Part shown: in pieces, positions 55,873 through 64,000 of the stretch
Layout: each line of letters opens with the position of its first letter
How positions within the stretch are numbered: the first letter of the stretch is position 1
Virus record (IMG/VR): IMGVR_UViG_3300021979_000003
Location: 160,001-224,000 of that record
Source of the DNA: a virus
Lineage: Duplodnaviria > Caudoviricetes
DNA: 64,000 nucleotides
Reading direction: 5' to 3' (one strand)
Position numbers and translations under genes: made by a program
Notes under the pieces: generated by a model
What the model was told of the DNA's origin: nothing
What the model saw: the letters and a program-made list of their open reading frames with translations, nothing else
The model's database searches: none

Positions 55873-56436
55873 ATGGCTGAAGATATTGATAAAATACAAC
55901 AAATTCTGAAGAAGGCAGAAGAATATGCTGCTAGAAAAGCTGAAAAGGGTGAAAAACCTAAGCTCTCTAGTGGTGCTTTCTGGGTTTCTCCACAAGGTAA
56001 AGTCCGTGTTGTAAAAAGCGGAAACTACCACATCAATGATGTTATTCAGAATCCTGACATTTTCGGATGGACTAAAGAAGACATCGATAACCTCTATGAT
56101 CAACACGGTGAAAAAATTGGTCAGGAAGGTGACGCACGTGACAATCTCATGACTTCACTGCTTAAAGATGGGTGGGTACGTATTCGTATACGTAAAAACT
56201 TTTACAGTATTCAGGTTTGGGATTTCAACCCAAGCACTTTTACTAAGCTTGAGAGTTTTGTATCTGAAGCTATTACAGATGGAATTAATGGTCAATACGC
56301 ATCTGAGTATGATGAGGCCAAAATCAATGCGCTAAAATCTGGACGTATGAAATCACTATCCTTTGATGAAATATTGAAAGGGTATTTGTACGAATCGGAA
56401 GAGCGTTCTATTGATTTCAACTTTTTTACAAGGTAA
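55873..56436 (+). CDS. hypothetical protein in the late operon
   Basis: FWVSPQG...HINDVIQNP..FG...L.KDGWVRIR. Confidence 0.65.
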   Translation: MAEDIDKIQQILKKAEEYAARKAEKGEKPKLSSGAFWVSPQGKVRVVKSGNYHINDVIQNPDIFGWTKEDIDNLYDQHGEKIGQEGDARDNLMTSLLKDGWVRIRIRKNFYSIQVWDFNPSTFTKLESFVSEAITDGINGQYASEYDEAKINALKSGRMKSLSFDEILKGYLYESEERSIDFNFFTR

Positions 56437-56439
56437 GCC

Positions 56440-57066
56440 GTGAGAATTACAGATATCACTGAGGCTGTTAGCGACAGCCTTCTATATCATGCTGTTAAAA
56501 TAGAATATGCAGTTAATCAACTCGCTAATGATAAGATAGAAGGCCGAAGCAGCCAACGTGTTTGGCCTGACGGTGTTCGTCGTAAAGAAGATGATGAGCA
56601 TTATGAAGATCATTGGCTTTTAAAAGGAATTAGTACCACCAGAGATTTTTCTTTTGCTAAAAATTTCAATGGCGTGGTATATATCCTTGATCGCGACAAA
56701 GTGTCACATAATTTTAAGATAGTTCCTTATAATTGGGGCTTTCATATAGGTGGTGGGTACGTACAGAAAGATATAAAGCGTGAGCGTGAAGAGTTTGTTG
56801 TATTCAACACTTTGAAGAAATCATTTGATGATTTAAAAAGAGAGTGGGAAAAATACATAGAAAAGCATAATGAAAATCCCGATGAATTTGAATTCGTTAA
56901 TCAGTTTGATTTTATGTTTGGCCCTAGTGGAGAAATGAAACCGTTAAGTCGCTATTTACGTGGAGTAATGATAGCCGATTACATTGTTGAAATTTATGGA
57001 GAAGATAATGATATGGTTAAAACCATAATGTCTCATCCCAAGTATAAGGGGATATATAAAACATGA
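56440..57066 (+). CDS. putative ADP-ribosyltransferase-fold protein
   Basis: LLYHAV (strand 1), GISTTRDFSFA (STS-like), EREEFV (ExE-like); GTG start. Confidence 0.55.
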   Translation: MRITDITEAVSDSLLYHAVKIEYAVNQLANDKIEGRSSQRVWPDGVRRKEDDEHYEDHWLLKGISTTRDFSFAKNFNGVVYILDRDKVSHNFKIVPYNWGFHIGGGYVQKDIKREREEFVVFNTLKKSFDDLKREWEKYIEKHNENPDEFEFVNQFDFMFGPSGEMKPLSRYLRGVMIADYIVEIYGEDNDMVKTIMSHPKYKGIYKT

Positions 57067-58409
57067 AACAGTATATAGACCTTATCGATAAAGTTCTTAA
57101 TGAAGCAACGAATGACTACGACAAAACAAAGCTTCAACCCGCCTTGATGACACGTTCCGAATATATATCTCATCGTAATCCTAGAGGTAAGATGCACTCT
57201 TCTGATGCATACAAAACCACAATAGATTCATTGAACCAAGACTATTCACTATCGCTTAACCGCCAAGGCGGAATGCTGATTGTTGGTGGTGAAAGATATA
57301 CTTTACTATCCAATGAGCAAGATGGAAAAGAATTATACTTAGTTCTGAAGAGTGCTGATAATAAGGATGATATAGAAGCATTTGCTAAAGATGGTGTTCT
57401 TTATTATGATCCCATGAGGATTAGACGAGACGATGCAGTAAGTGCTACGAATGCAGATTACCATGATCTTGAAATTCAACCCGTTAAATATATCGAACCT
57501 TTGTTTAAACGTCTTAACCTGAAGTCTCAAATAGATAAGTATCCCAAGCCTATTAAGAATATAACGATAGATGGTGAACAAATAAGAATTCGTCAAGCAG
57601 ACGATCAGTTTGGAGATATAGCAGCTTTTAATGAAGATGATATGAAAGTAGCAGTGGGTCAGGATGAATGGGGCGCTGTACTAGTAATGGTTGCTGATGA
57701 ATACCGTGGTAAGGGTATTGGTCCGATAATGCAGAAGATATACACTGAACTGTATCCAGACAAAGAATCTGGTGGATTCACACCATCTGGACTTAACAAC
57801 GCTACTAAGGTATGGGAAAGAGAAGTAAGACGATTCTTAGCTTCTGGTATCTATAGTAACTTAATTCGTAAAGGTGAAATAAGTAAAGAAAGAGTAGATG
57901 ATATATTGTCGGGATTAAGTGGTAAGGTTGACTTTAAATCGAATCTTCCAAAGAAAGTTCCACAAAAAGAAAAAGATTACATGGTTTATTATAACGGTGC
58001 GAATGCTTTTATATTATATGACAAAGATTATTTACTTGATCATGACTTAAAATACATCTATGCGTATATTCATTTAGAACAGAAACCAACTGCAAAAGAT
58101 AATGAGGTTTATGTATTCCGTTTTGAATATGAATCAGATAAGGATAGACAGACGCTATTCCATATTGCTATTCAACAGATGGAATCTGAAGGTGTTACTG
58201 TACGAGAAGACGAAGCCGGATCAGACTATTTCAAATATAATGATATGAAACACATTGAAGTAAAAGATGGTGTTTTCAAAATGAATAAGAAGCCATTTTC
58301 TAATCTGAAGATGCTTTATAGCAAAGAAAAGCAGTTAAGAAACCAAATCGATAAATATAATGAAGTACTATACAATTTACTTGAAGATGCCGAACGAAAA
58401 TGGAGATAA
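57063..58409 (+). CDS. multi-domain protein with a GNAT acetyltransferase-like motif
   Basis: VLVMVADEYRGKGIGPIM (motif A) ...SGGFTPSG. Confidence 0.6.
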   Translation: MKQYIDLIDKVLNEATNDYDKTKLQPALMTRSEYISHRNPRGKMHSSDAYKTTIDSLNQDYSLSLNRQGGMLIVGGERYTLLSNEQDGKELYLVLKSADNKDDIEAFAKDGVLYYDPMRIRRDDAVSATNADYHDLEIQPVKYIEPLFKRLNLKSQIDKYPKPIKNITIDGEQIRIRQADDQFGDIAAFNEDDMKVAVGQDEWGAVLVMVADEYRGKGIGPIMQKIYTELYPDKESGGFTPSGLNNATKVWEREVRRFLASGIYSNLIRKGEISKERVDDILSGLSGKVDFKSNLPKKVPQKEKDYMVYYNGANAFILYDKDYLLDHDLKYIYAYIHLEQKPTAKDNEVYVFRFEYESDKDRQTLFHIAIQQMESEGVTVREDEAGSDYFKYNDMKHIEVKDGVFKMNKKPFSNLKMLYSKEKQLRNQIDKYNEVLYNLLEDAERKWR

Positions 58410-58415
58410 TTTAAA

Positions 58416-59324
58416 ATGAGTATGAAAAAATACAGAGAACTTCTTGAAAGCGTAGAAAACGGAAAAGAAGTTGAAGAATCAAAAGAAGAAATGGAAGAAA
58501 CCCTTGAAGAAGATCGTTACGAAGAAGAGCTTCCCGGTGATGAAGATATGGGTATGGATTCCTCACTAGACATGGACGACTACGATCTAGACAGCGAACT
58601 AGATATGGAAATTGCACGTGATGGTCTGGAAGATGAGTATATGGGTGATGACGAAGAGTATATTGCACCTGATCTAGACGCGGATATGGACGTTGATGAT
58701 GAACTAGGTTCAGAAGAGGACGATGTTATCTTTAACTACACTGCAACTATTCAACTAACTGGCTATGATTATCCACTAGTTCTACAGGCTGACGACATGG
58801 AAGAAATCAAAACTGTTATGCGTGTAATGCAACAAAGTGGTCTAAACCCTAAAGGTGATTACAAGTGGAACAGTAAGACATTTGAAATTGAGCTTGATGA
58901 ATCTGCTGAAAATAACCGTAAGCGAGAAATCGTTCATAGTGAAAATGGATTTGATATTGTAAAAGTCAAAGGCGGCGGTTGGGCCGATTCATATAAAGTA
59001 TATAAAGGCAACAAAATAGTTAGTAATTGGAATTATTATGATGATGCCTTAGATTTTGTTCAAGGTAAAAAGTCTGATAAAGAATCTGTTACTGAAGAAG
59101 CTGATGATAATTGGGCATACGATGAAGGCTGTGAAGCTGCGAAGGCCGATTGTAAAGCAGGTCTAGGTAATTACATTGGTGATCCTCGTGATACTGTTAA
59201 AGATGATAAGGAAATGAGTTCTTCTGAAAAACAGAAATACATGAAGGGTTATAAGAAAACTTTAGATGATAAAGGTTATAAGCTTTCAGGCTCTGGTGAG
59301 AAGACGCAAATTGTTAAGAAATAA
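58416..59324 (+). CDS. very acidic probable head-associated protein
   Basis: E/D-rich with LLES/VEES/LDES/VTEE motifs; ends at a terminator. Confidence 0.65.
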   Translation: MSMKKYRELLESVENGKEVEESKEEMEETLEEDRYEEELPGDEDMGMDSSLDMDDYDLDSELDMEIARDGLEDEYMGDDEEYIAPDLDADMDVDDELGSEEDDVIFNYTATIQLTGYDYPLVLQADDMEEIKTVMRVMQQSGLNPKGDYKWNSKTFEIELDESAENNRKREIVHSENGFDIVKVKGGGWADSYKVYKGNKIVSNWNYYDDALDFVQGKKSDKESVTEEADDNWAYDEGCEAAKADCKAGLGNYIGDPRDTVKDDKEMSSSEKQKYMKGYKKTLDDKGYKLSGSGEKTQIVKK

Positions 59325-59345
59325 TCTATAACAAGCATTAGATAT

Positions 59346-59373
59346 AAAAAGGGACGCTATACGTCCCTTTTTT
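59346..59373 (+). terminator. intrinsic terminator
   Basis: AAAAAGGGACG-CTATA-CGTCCCTTTTTT. Confidence 0.85.
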
Positions 59374-59374
59374 A

Positions 59375-59402
59375 TTGACAATAAATAAACTTATGATATT
59401 GT
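59375..59402 (+). promoter_or_regulatory. sigma70 promoter overlapped by a 10-bp inverted repeat
   Basis: TTGACA-N16-TATTGT with TGn extension; ATTGACAATA (59374-83) / TATTGTCAAT (59397-406). Confidence 0.55.
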
Positions 59403-59421
59403 CAATATAGTGAGGTGAAAT

Positions 59422-60120
59422 ATGGCTAATAATAACAAAAATATAGAAGATGATGGAATTGATACTTCAAGTTTTAAGTCAAGTCTATCGGACTATCTAT
59501 CAAGCTCTAGTATATTGGATAAACTAAAACAATCTCAAGATGATTTTAAAGTTAATACATCAATGCCAAATTATACAGACTATTCGTATGATTATGACTA
59601 CACAACTGCAAGAAAGAATTTAACAAGCACTGGCGGTCCTGTTGGTTGGGGAACTACCACTACGGGAACTACCAACATGGGTCATGTTCATACACATACT
59701 GGAACGACTAGTATAGGTGGGACTCATACACACAACCTAGTTTATGATTCATCCATGTATCAGTTCTACAAACAGCCATTTTCAAAGGCTGGATTCATCA
59801 ATGATGTGATTGTGGCTGGTAACTCTGTGAAGAGACATATCGAATCGCACATAGACAACTATACTGATGATGGTCTAATTGACTGTCTTGAATTTTGTGA
59901 TAAGTTCGAACTATTAACCCCCGATTTATTCTGGTATGCGGTAAGCAAAAACCTAGTGTTATATCCTTTGTACACCAAGTACCATGAAGTAGATAGATGT
60001 CTTGAAATTATAGAACGAGAAAAAAATAAAAACATAATTGGGTATACCGCAAAGAATGTCAAAGAAGATATTGAATTCAAACGTGGAGTCAATAAGTTAA
60101 AACTTAAAGGTGTTCTGTGA
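59422..60120 (+). CDS. hypothetical protein with Thr/Gly/His low-complexity linker
   Basis: 232-aa ORF with GAGGTG RBS. Confidence 0.6.
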   Translation: MANNNKNIEDDGIDTSSFKSSLSDYLSSSSILDKLKQSQDDFKVNTSMPNYTDYSYDYDYTTARKNLTSTGGPVGWGTTTTGTTNMGHVHTHTGTTSIGGTHTHNLVYDSSMYQFYKQPFSKAGFINDVIVAGNSVKRHIESHIDNYTDDGLIDCLEFCDKFELLTPDLFWYAVSKNLVLYPLYTKYHEVDRCLEIIEREKNKNIIGYTAKNVKEDIEFKRGVNKLKLKGVL

Positions 60121-60575
60121 AAATACCTTGGAAGTATTCTCTTATTGAACAAATAACAAATACAACACTTGGCCTCTTTATTGGGGCCTTGTTTCTGATA
60201 TTTGTCATAAATCCTATGTTCTCACTATCTCTAACTGTTATTGTGAGTATAGAAGTATCTATCATCATGTTTATTGTAAGCACGATTAGAGGGCTTCTGA
60301 TACGTAGACTGTGGATTCGATTTATAGAAGAGAAGCAATCGTTGAGACATAGTTTTGTTGAAAAGTTCATAGACGTTGGTTTGGGACTTGTCATTGCTAC
60401 TATTGTTTGGTCGTTCTTCGTAATGCCTGCGTATGATGTGCAGACCACATTCTTCGTAGATTTGTTGATTAACTTGATGTTCTTCTTCGTGAATCTATTA
60501 CGCTCTGTAGTAGTTAGAAGATTCTTTGAAATTCATTCACAAAAGTACTTGACAGGAAGTACCCAGACTGTATAA
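60117..60575 (+). CDS. membrane protein, two tandem 2-TM repeats
   Basis: SLIEQITNT.LGL.I...IMFIVSTIRG..IRR.W and SFVEKFIDVGLGLVI...MFFFVNLLRS.VVRRFF; GTG start. Confidence 0.65.
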   Translation: MKIPWKYSLIEQITNTTLGLFIGALFLIFVINPMFSLSLTVIVSIEVSIIMFIVSTIRGLLIRRLWIRFIEEKQSLRHSFVEKFIDVGLGLVIATIVWSFFVMPAYDVQTTFFVDLLINLMFFFVNLLRSVVVRRFFEIHSQKYLTGSTQTV

Positions 60576-60576
60576 T
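60549..60576 (+). promoter_or_regulatory. consensus sigma70 promoter
   Basis: TTGACA-N16-TATAAT. Confidence 0.75.
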
Positions 60577-60594
60577 TGAACACAGTTAGCGCTA

Positions 60595-60863
60595 ATAGGG
60601 AATGTAATTCCCGAGTAGATAATCATGGCAATTCAAGTTCCAGATTATTATATTATGGAGTTTTCATCCGGTTTAGATATATAAAATACTAGATTTAATA
60701 TATTATTAAACACTAACATATATCTATTAGCTAGATGTTAACAAGCAACTGATTGGGTTAAATTTATAGACACTATCATAGAATATATATTCTATAATAC
60801 TTATAAAAAGTGTCGAATCTGGGAGCCGCGACTCAGTTGTTTCATGTTATCTACTTCCCCTAT
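60595..60863 (+). ncRNA. candidate structured, pseudoknotted ncRNA or long leader; family not recognised
   Basis: ORF-free; follows the promoter; 5'/3' closing stem, nested helices and a crossing 9-bp helix found by eye. Confidence 0.55.
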
Positions 60864-60890
60864 CTATATTGATATATCAGGACAATGAAC

Positions 60891-61700
60891 ATGCGAAACT
60901 TTGACGAAATAATTGATTCTGCAACACATGAACTTGTAAAGAGTCATGGCTTTACTGATGAGAACAGTAACGAATATAAAGTATTATTCGAAGGTAGACG
61001 TGCCACACTCCTATCAGATTTCAATGATAAGGTCGATCTTAATAATATAACTGCCCCTGCCCTGAAAGGTGTCAAAGAACTTATCGCCAATGGTGTCATT
61101 GAAGACACAAAACAAACTGCGGTGGTATCGTTTTCGAGTTTAATGGCTGGTCAGTTTATCCACTTAGTTAACTTCATCAAAGACAATGACGAGCTTAAAT
61201 ATCATCAGCTTCATAATAGGTCTAATATTCTTATTGAAAATCTAACACCTTTTAAAGCTCTGCAACTTTCTGAGCTATTGAAAAATGATCTTGTATACTT
61301 GACTCTCAGTCTGAAGTACCTTGAGAAGTATGCTGAGTTGGTTCAAAGTAAAGTAATAACCATCAGTACTGATGGCAAGCTTTACAATAAAAATAAGACA
61401 TATAAGATCAATGTTCGCGTAGCAGCAAATGTTCCTGCCGCCGAGGCAAATAGACGTAAAGATCATTATGCTGACGTTATTCTAAGACTATCCAAAGGTC
61501 TAAAAGAAAAAGGCTATGATGCAATGATCGGAACATCAGGTGGTAATGTCGGTCACTCATTGACAATGTACACTGATGATATTCCATCACTTAATATTTT
61601 TAAGCTATATCGTCTTGGTAATATTAGTATTGGTGTACGTGACGATCTTAAGATGGTAACGGATGAAGAGTTTGTAGGTATTTTCAAAGACCTCTTATGA
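60891..61700 (+). CDS. hypothetical protein
   Basis: Track ORF 60885..61700; ATG 60891 is better spaced from AGGA. Confidence 0.65.
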   Translation: MRNFDEIIDSATHELVKSHGFTDENSNEYKVLFEGRRATLLSDFNDKVDLNNITAPALKGVKELIANGVIEDTKQTAVVSFSSLMAGQFIHLVNFIKDNDELKYHQLHNRSNILIENLTPFKALQLSELLKNDLVYLTLSLKYLEKYAELVQSKVITISTDGKLYNKNKTYKINVRVAANVPAAEANRRKDHYADVILRLSKGLKEKGYDAMIGTSGGNVGHSLTMYTDDIPSLNIFKLYRLGNISIGVRDDLKMVTDEEFVGIFKDLL

Positions 61701-61752
61701 TCTTGAATTATATTTTTAATTCAGGTATTATGTTCATAAGAGGATTTGGAAT

Positions 61753-62106
61753 ATGCTAGATTACGCAATTGAAAAAGCAAGAGAGATAGACCTTGATGAA
61801 AACTATGTCAGGGTCTATGCTGTTATTACTGACAAGCGTGGACGTATTGTTAGCGAAGCTCATAACAGTTACACAAAAACGCATCCACTCCAAGCACGGT
61901 TTGCTAAGATTGTTGGTAACGAAGAAGCTGTATACCTTCATGCTGAGATTCGTGCGATGGTTAAATGTAAAGAAGGTCAGGGACATAAAATGTATGTAGC
62001 TAGGGTAGGAAGAACAGGCAATCCACTTCCTGCCTGTCCGTGTGAAATTTGTCAGGCTGCAATAGAAAGACTTGGGGTGGTTAAATCAGTGGAGTATACT
62101 GTATGA
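61753..62106 (+). CDS. CMP/dCMP-type zinc-dependent deaminase
   Basis: V.AVI.DKRG.I.S...NS...HAEI.A...PCEIC. Confidence 0.85.
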   Translation: MLDYAIEKAREIDLDENYVRVYAVITDKRGRIVSEAHNSYTKTHPLQARFAKIVGNEEAVYLHAEIRAMVKCKEGQGHKMYVARVGRTGNPLPACPCEICQAAIERLGVVKSVEYTV

Positions 62107-62870
62107 GTAAAAATTTTATTGACCTTGATGCGTTTACTAAATTTGTTGCAAATACTATCAGTGGTTATATATGTGATCCTGAAACGGATTGTGACGTAAA
62201 CGATTTTCTATCTTATCCCCAATTTGTTTGGTCCTTCAACTATGGAAGTATGATTTATCATCCAGAGCTTGCAAAGGATTATGATGTTTGTGTAATACTA
62301 TCAGAACAGTTAGTTGATATCTTCAATAACATCTTTAATAAAGACATTTTCGATACATGGACTATCAATGGATATCCAATAGATGTTAAGCATACGGTGT
62401 TCAGTTATCTAGATAGTTCTGAACTCCTAGAGCTTGATTACAATATACAGAATGACCGGTCTTGCTATAGGCCGCTATATCTTAAAATGTCACACGCATA
62501 TCTACATCAAGATTCGGTAGAAATGCTGGTGTCTATGGCTTTGTGTGAAAAGCAGAAGGTTCGTCATTCTATATCACAAAAATGCTCTAACTCATTTGTT
62601 AAAGCAAAGAAAAAGTTAACGGTAGAAAAGGATTATGATCGTTATTCTTCCATGAAGTCACTGTTTCATAGTATTCGAATGGCAGTCTTTGCATATAACT
62701 ACGCTAAAGATGGTATTATAAAGCCTTCGGCGTGTTCTGAGTTATACAAAGAAATTATTGAAGATTATGAAAATCATAGTGATGACGAAGTACTTGAATT
62801 AATTAAGACTAAATACAAAGGGATTTATAATGAAAAGATGAGACTCTTTCGTCTCTTTTACCCAAAGTGA
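62103..62870 (+). CDS. pol-beta-superfamily nucleotidyltransferase-like protein
   Basis: FNYGSMIYH.ELAKDYDV (GS...DxD); C-terminal KAKKKL...KSLFHSIR helical domain. Confidence 0.7.
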   Translation: MSKNFIDLDAFTKFVANTISGYICDPETDCDVNDFLSYPQFVWSFNYGSMIYHPELAKDYDVCVILSEQLVDIFNNIFNKDIFDTWTINGYPIDVKHTVFSYLDSSELLELDYNIQNDRSCYRPLYLKMSHAYLHQDSVEMLVSMALCEKQKVRHSISQKCSNSFVKAKKKLTVEKDYDRYSSMKSLFHSIRMAVFAYNYAKDGIIKPSACSELYKEIIEDYENHSDDEVLELIKTKYKGIYNEKMRLFRLFYPK

Positions 62871-62877
62871 GAAAAGT

Positions 62878-62901
62878 ATGGTAGGTCCAAAAGTTATTTA
62901 A
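62878..62901 (+). CDS. candidate micro-ORF MVGPKVI
   Basis: ATG GTA GGT CCA AAA GTT ATT TAA, 7 nt after the nucleotidyltransferase stop, with GAGA upstream. Confidence 0.45.
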   Translation: MVGPKVI

Positions 62902-62918
62902 TATAGGAGAACCTTATT

Positions 62919-62942
62919 ATGGTTGGCCCAAAACTTATTTAA
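62919..62942 (+). CDS. candidate micro-ORF MVGPKLI
   Basis: ATG GTT GGC CCA AAA CTT ATT TAA, preceded by AGGAGA with an 8-nt spacer. Confidence 0.5.
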   Translation: MVGPKLI

Positions 62943-63999
62943 TATTAGATTTTATACTTTTAACTAAATCGTGTAAGATCATCGGGTTGGATACTGAAGG
63001 CATTGTGTTCGCTTCTAGGAAGTAAACATTGCCTTCAATTTTACCCCTTGTTATTTTACCTGAAATCTTACCAACCCCTGATACGAAAGCCCCTAGTGAC
63101 TCAGACACTTCCGTTTTTGATATTGCTATATCAACACCGCTTGCACCGTAACCTAATTCTTTAATAGCTGTAATGGCTATATTCTTACAAACATTATATA
63201 CTTCACCACTAGTAATAGATGTCATTGACATATTACTACCCATCTTTTTGTAGATACCACTTAGGTGATAATCACCATTCATGTAATACACTACAACTCT
63301 ATACTCAGACGCTATATCTAATAATGGTTGGAATACATAGTCTTCTGGGTTTTTAGGAACCTTATTAATAAGTTGACCTTCCTGTCTTTGACCACTCTTA
63401 TGTTTTGCTATAAATCGACCCTGTACATCATCACTGTCTTCATAAGTAGGAACCGTAGGAACTTTGCCTTTAAGCATATTATATTGTGATTGTTTGTTGT
63501 AATATGCATTACCGAAATGAATTGTATTTCCAACTTCAGATATAGATGAGCGCCTACCAAACTTAATCATAGCTTGTCCTTTAAGAACACTTTCGCCTAT
63601 TTCAAATACGTTGCTTTTATCTGCAAGTTTATATATGTAATTTTGGAATTGCGCAGGTGCTTCATGGACATTTGATAGAATTATTTTAAACTCAGTATCT
63701 TCTTCTGGTTCTTCTTCGTTTTCGTTTAAGTACTCATCACTAAGATGCTGTTCTACTTTATCTACTGACATTTTAGTTCCATGAGCTATCCAGTAGTTAA
63801 GAATGTTTGAACTGAATGGTGATTTTTGTGAAAAGCCAAAAGTAACATATTGGTTGCGCTTCATCAGGGTATTGATAGTTTTATTAGATGTTACGGTAGT
63901 TGCAAAGATAAACTGATAGTTATTAGCTACATCTCGTACTGCACGATATAGAAGAGTATAGGCATTAAAACTTCTCGCTTCAGGTTTGATATAAAGATA
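62935..63999 (-). CDS. ATP-grasp (RimK-like) domain protein; 5' end beyond the window
   Basis: FIAKHKSGQRQEG, YVFQPLL...EYRVVV, LGYGASGVDI, YFLEANTMPS; frame stays open upstream of the track start (63864) to the window edge. Confidence 0.75.
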   Translation of the reverse strand, partial: YLYIKPEARSFNAYTLLYRAVRDVANNYQFIFATTVTSNKTINTLMKRNQYVTFGFSQKSPFSSNILNYWIAHGTKMSVDKVEQHLSDEYLNENEEEPEEDTEFKIILSNVHEAPAQFQNYIYKLADKSNVFEIGESVLKGQAMIKFGRRSSISEVGNTIHFGNAYYNKQSQYNMLKGKVPTVPTYEDSDDVQGRFIAKHKSGQRQEGQLINKVPKNPEDYVFQPLLDIASEYRVVVYYMNGDYHLSGIYKKMGSNMSMTSITSGEVYNVCKNIAITAIKELGYGASGVDIAISKTEVSESLGAFVSGVGKISGKITRGKIEGNVYFLEANTMPSVSNPMILHDLVKSIKSNIK

Positions 64000-64000
64000 C

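Noticed and set aside
60595-60863. Assignment of the structured region to RNase P, tmRNA, cobalamin riboswitch or group I/II intron
   Set aside because: It lacks GAGGAAAGUCC/CR-V, a tRNA-like acceptor end and tag ORF, a full B12 box, P7 G-site sequences and a domain V. ATAGGGAA, GCAACTG and GAGCCG give only fragmentary resemblance.
62877-62945. Direct repeats as a mini CRISPR array
   Set aside because: There are only two copies with a ~13-nt gap, no palindromic repeat and no cas genes.
1-64000. Stop-codon reassignment as in some jumbo phages
   Set aside because: Core genes (gp43, gp6, topo II, UvsX) are full-length under the standard code and coding density is high.
1-64000. tRNA genes, integrase, transposase or homing endonucleases
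   Set aside because: No T-loop GTTCRA with acceptor stem was seen in the intergenic gaps, and no such protein motifs were seen.

Overview
This 64-kb window is an AT-rich, densely coding segment of a large T4-related (jumbo) myovirus genome. Gene content and baseplate architecture resemble RaK2/GAP32-type jumbo phages, which is an inference from motif recognition, not a database result. Replication and recombination genes: family-B DNA polymerase, clamp, RNase H-like flap nuclease, two-subunit topoisomerase II, gp32 SSB, UvsX, UvsY and an Hjc/D14-type resolvase. Late transcription: a gp55-like sigma factor with (T/A/C)ATAAATA promoters. Structure: two baseplate clusters and a tail fibre ending in a gp38-like Gly-rich adhesin. 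Host-takeover and proteostasis genes: GreA, bS21, ClpS, ClpX, GroES, Hsp20 and MoxR/VWA. Several acidic, late-expressed, probably protease-processed head proteins carry Rmf-like, ADP-ribosyltransferase-like and GNAT-like domains. The least explained signals are (1) a promoter-driven, ~270-nt pseudoknotted ncRNA candidate at 60595-60863, (2) tandem 7-aa micro-ORFs MVGPKVI/MVGPKLI between a nucleotidyltransferase and an ATP-grasp ligase, (3) four back-to-back inverted repeats at 50662-50779, and (4) an apparent +1 frameshift at the MoxR C-terminus. No tRNA, CRISPR array, integrase, transposase or intron/intein was recognised. All calls come from reading motifs by eye; no searches or folding programs were run.
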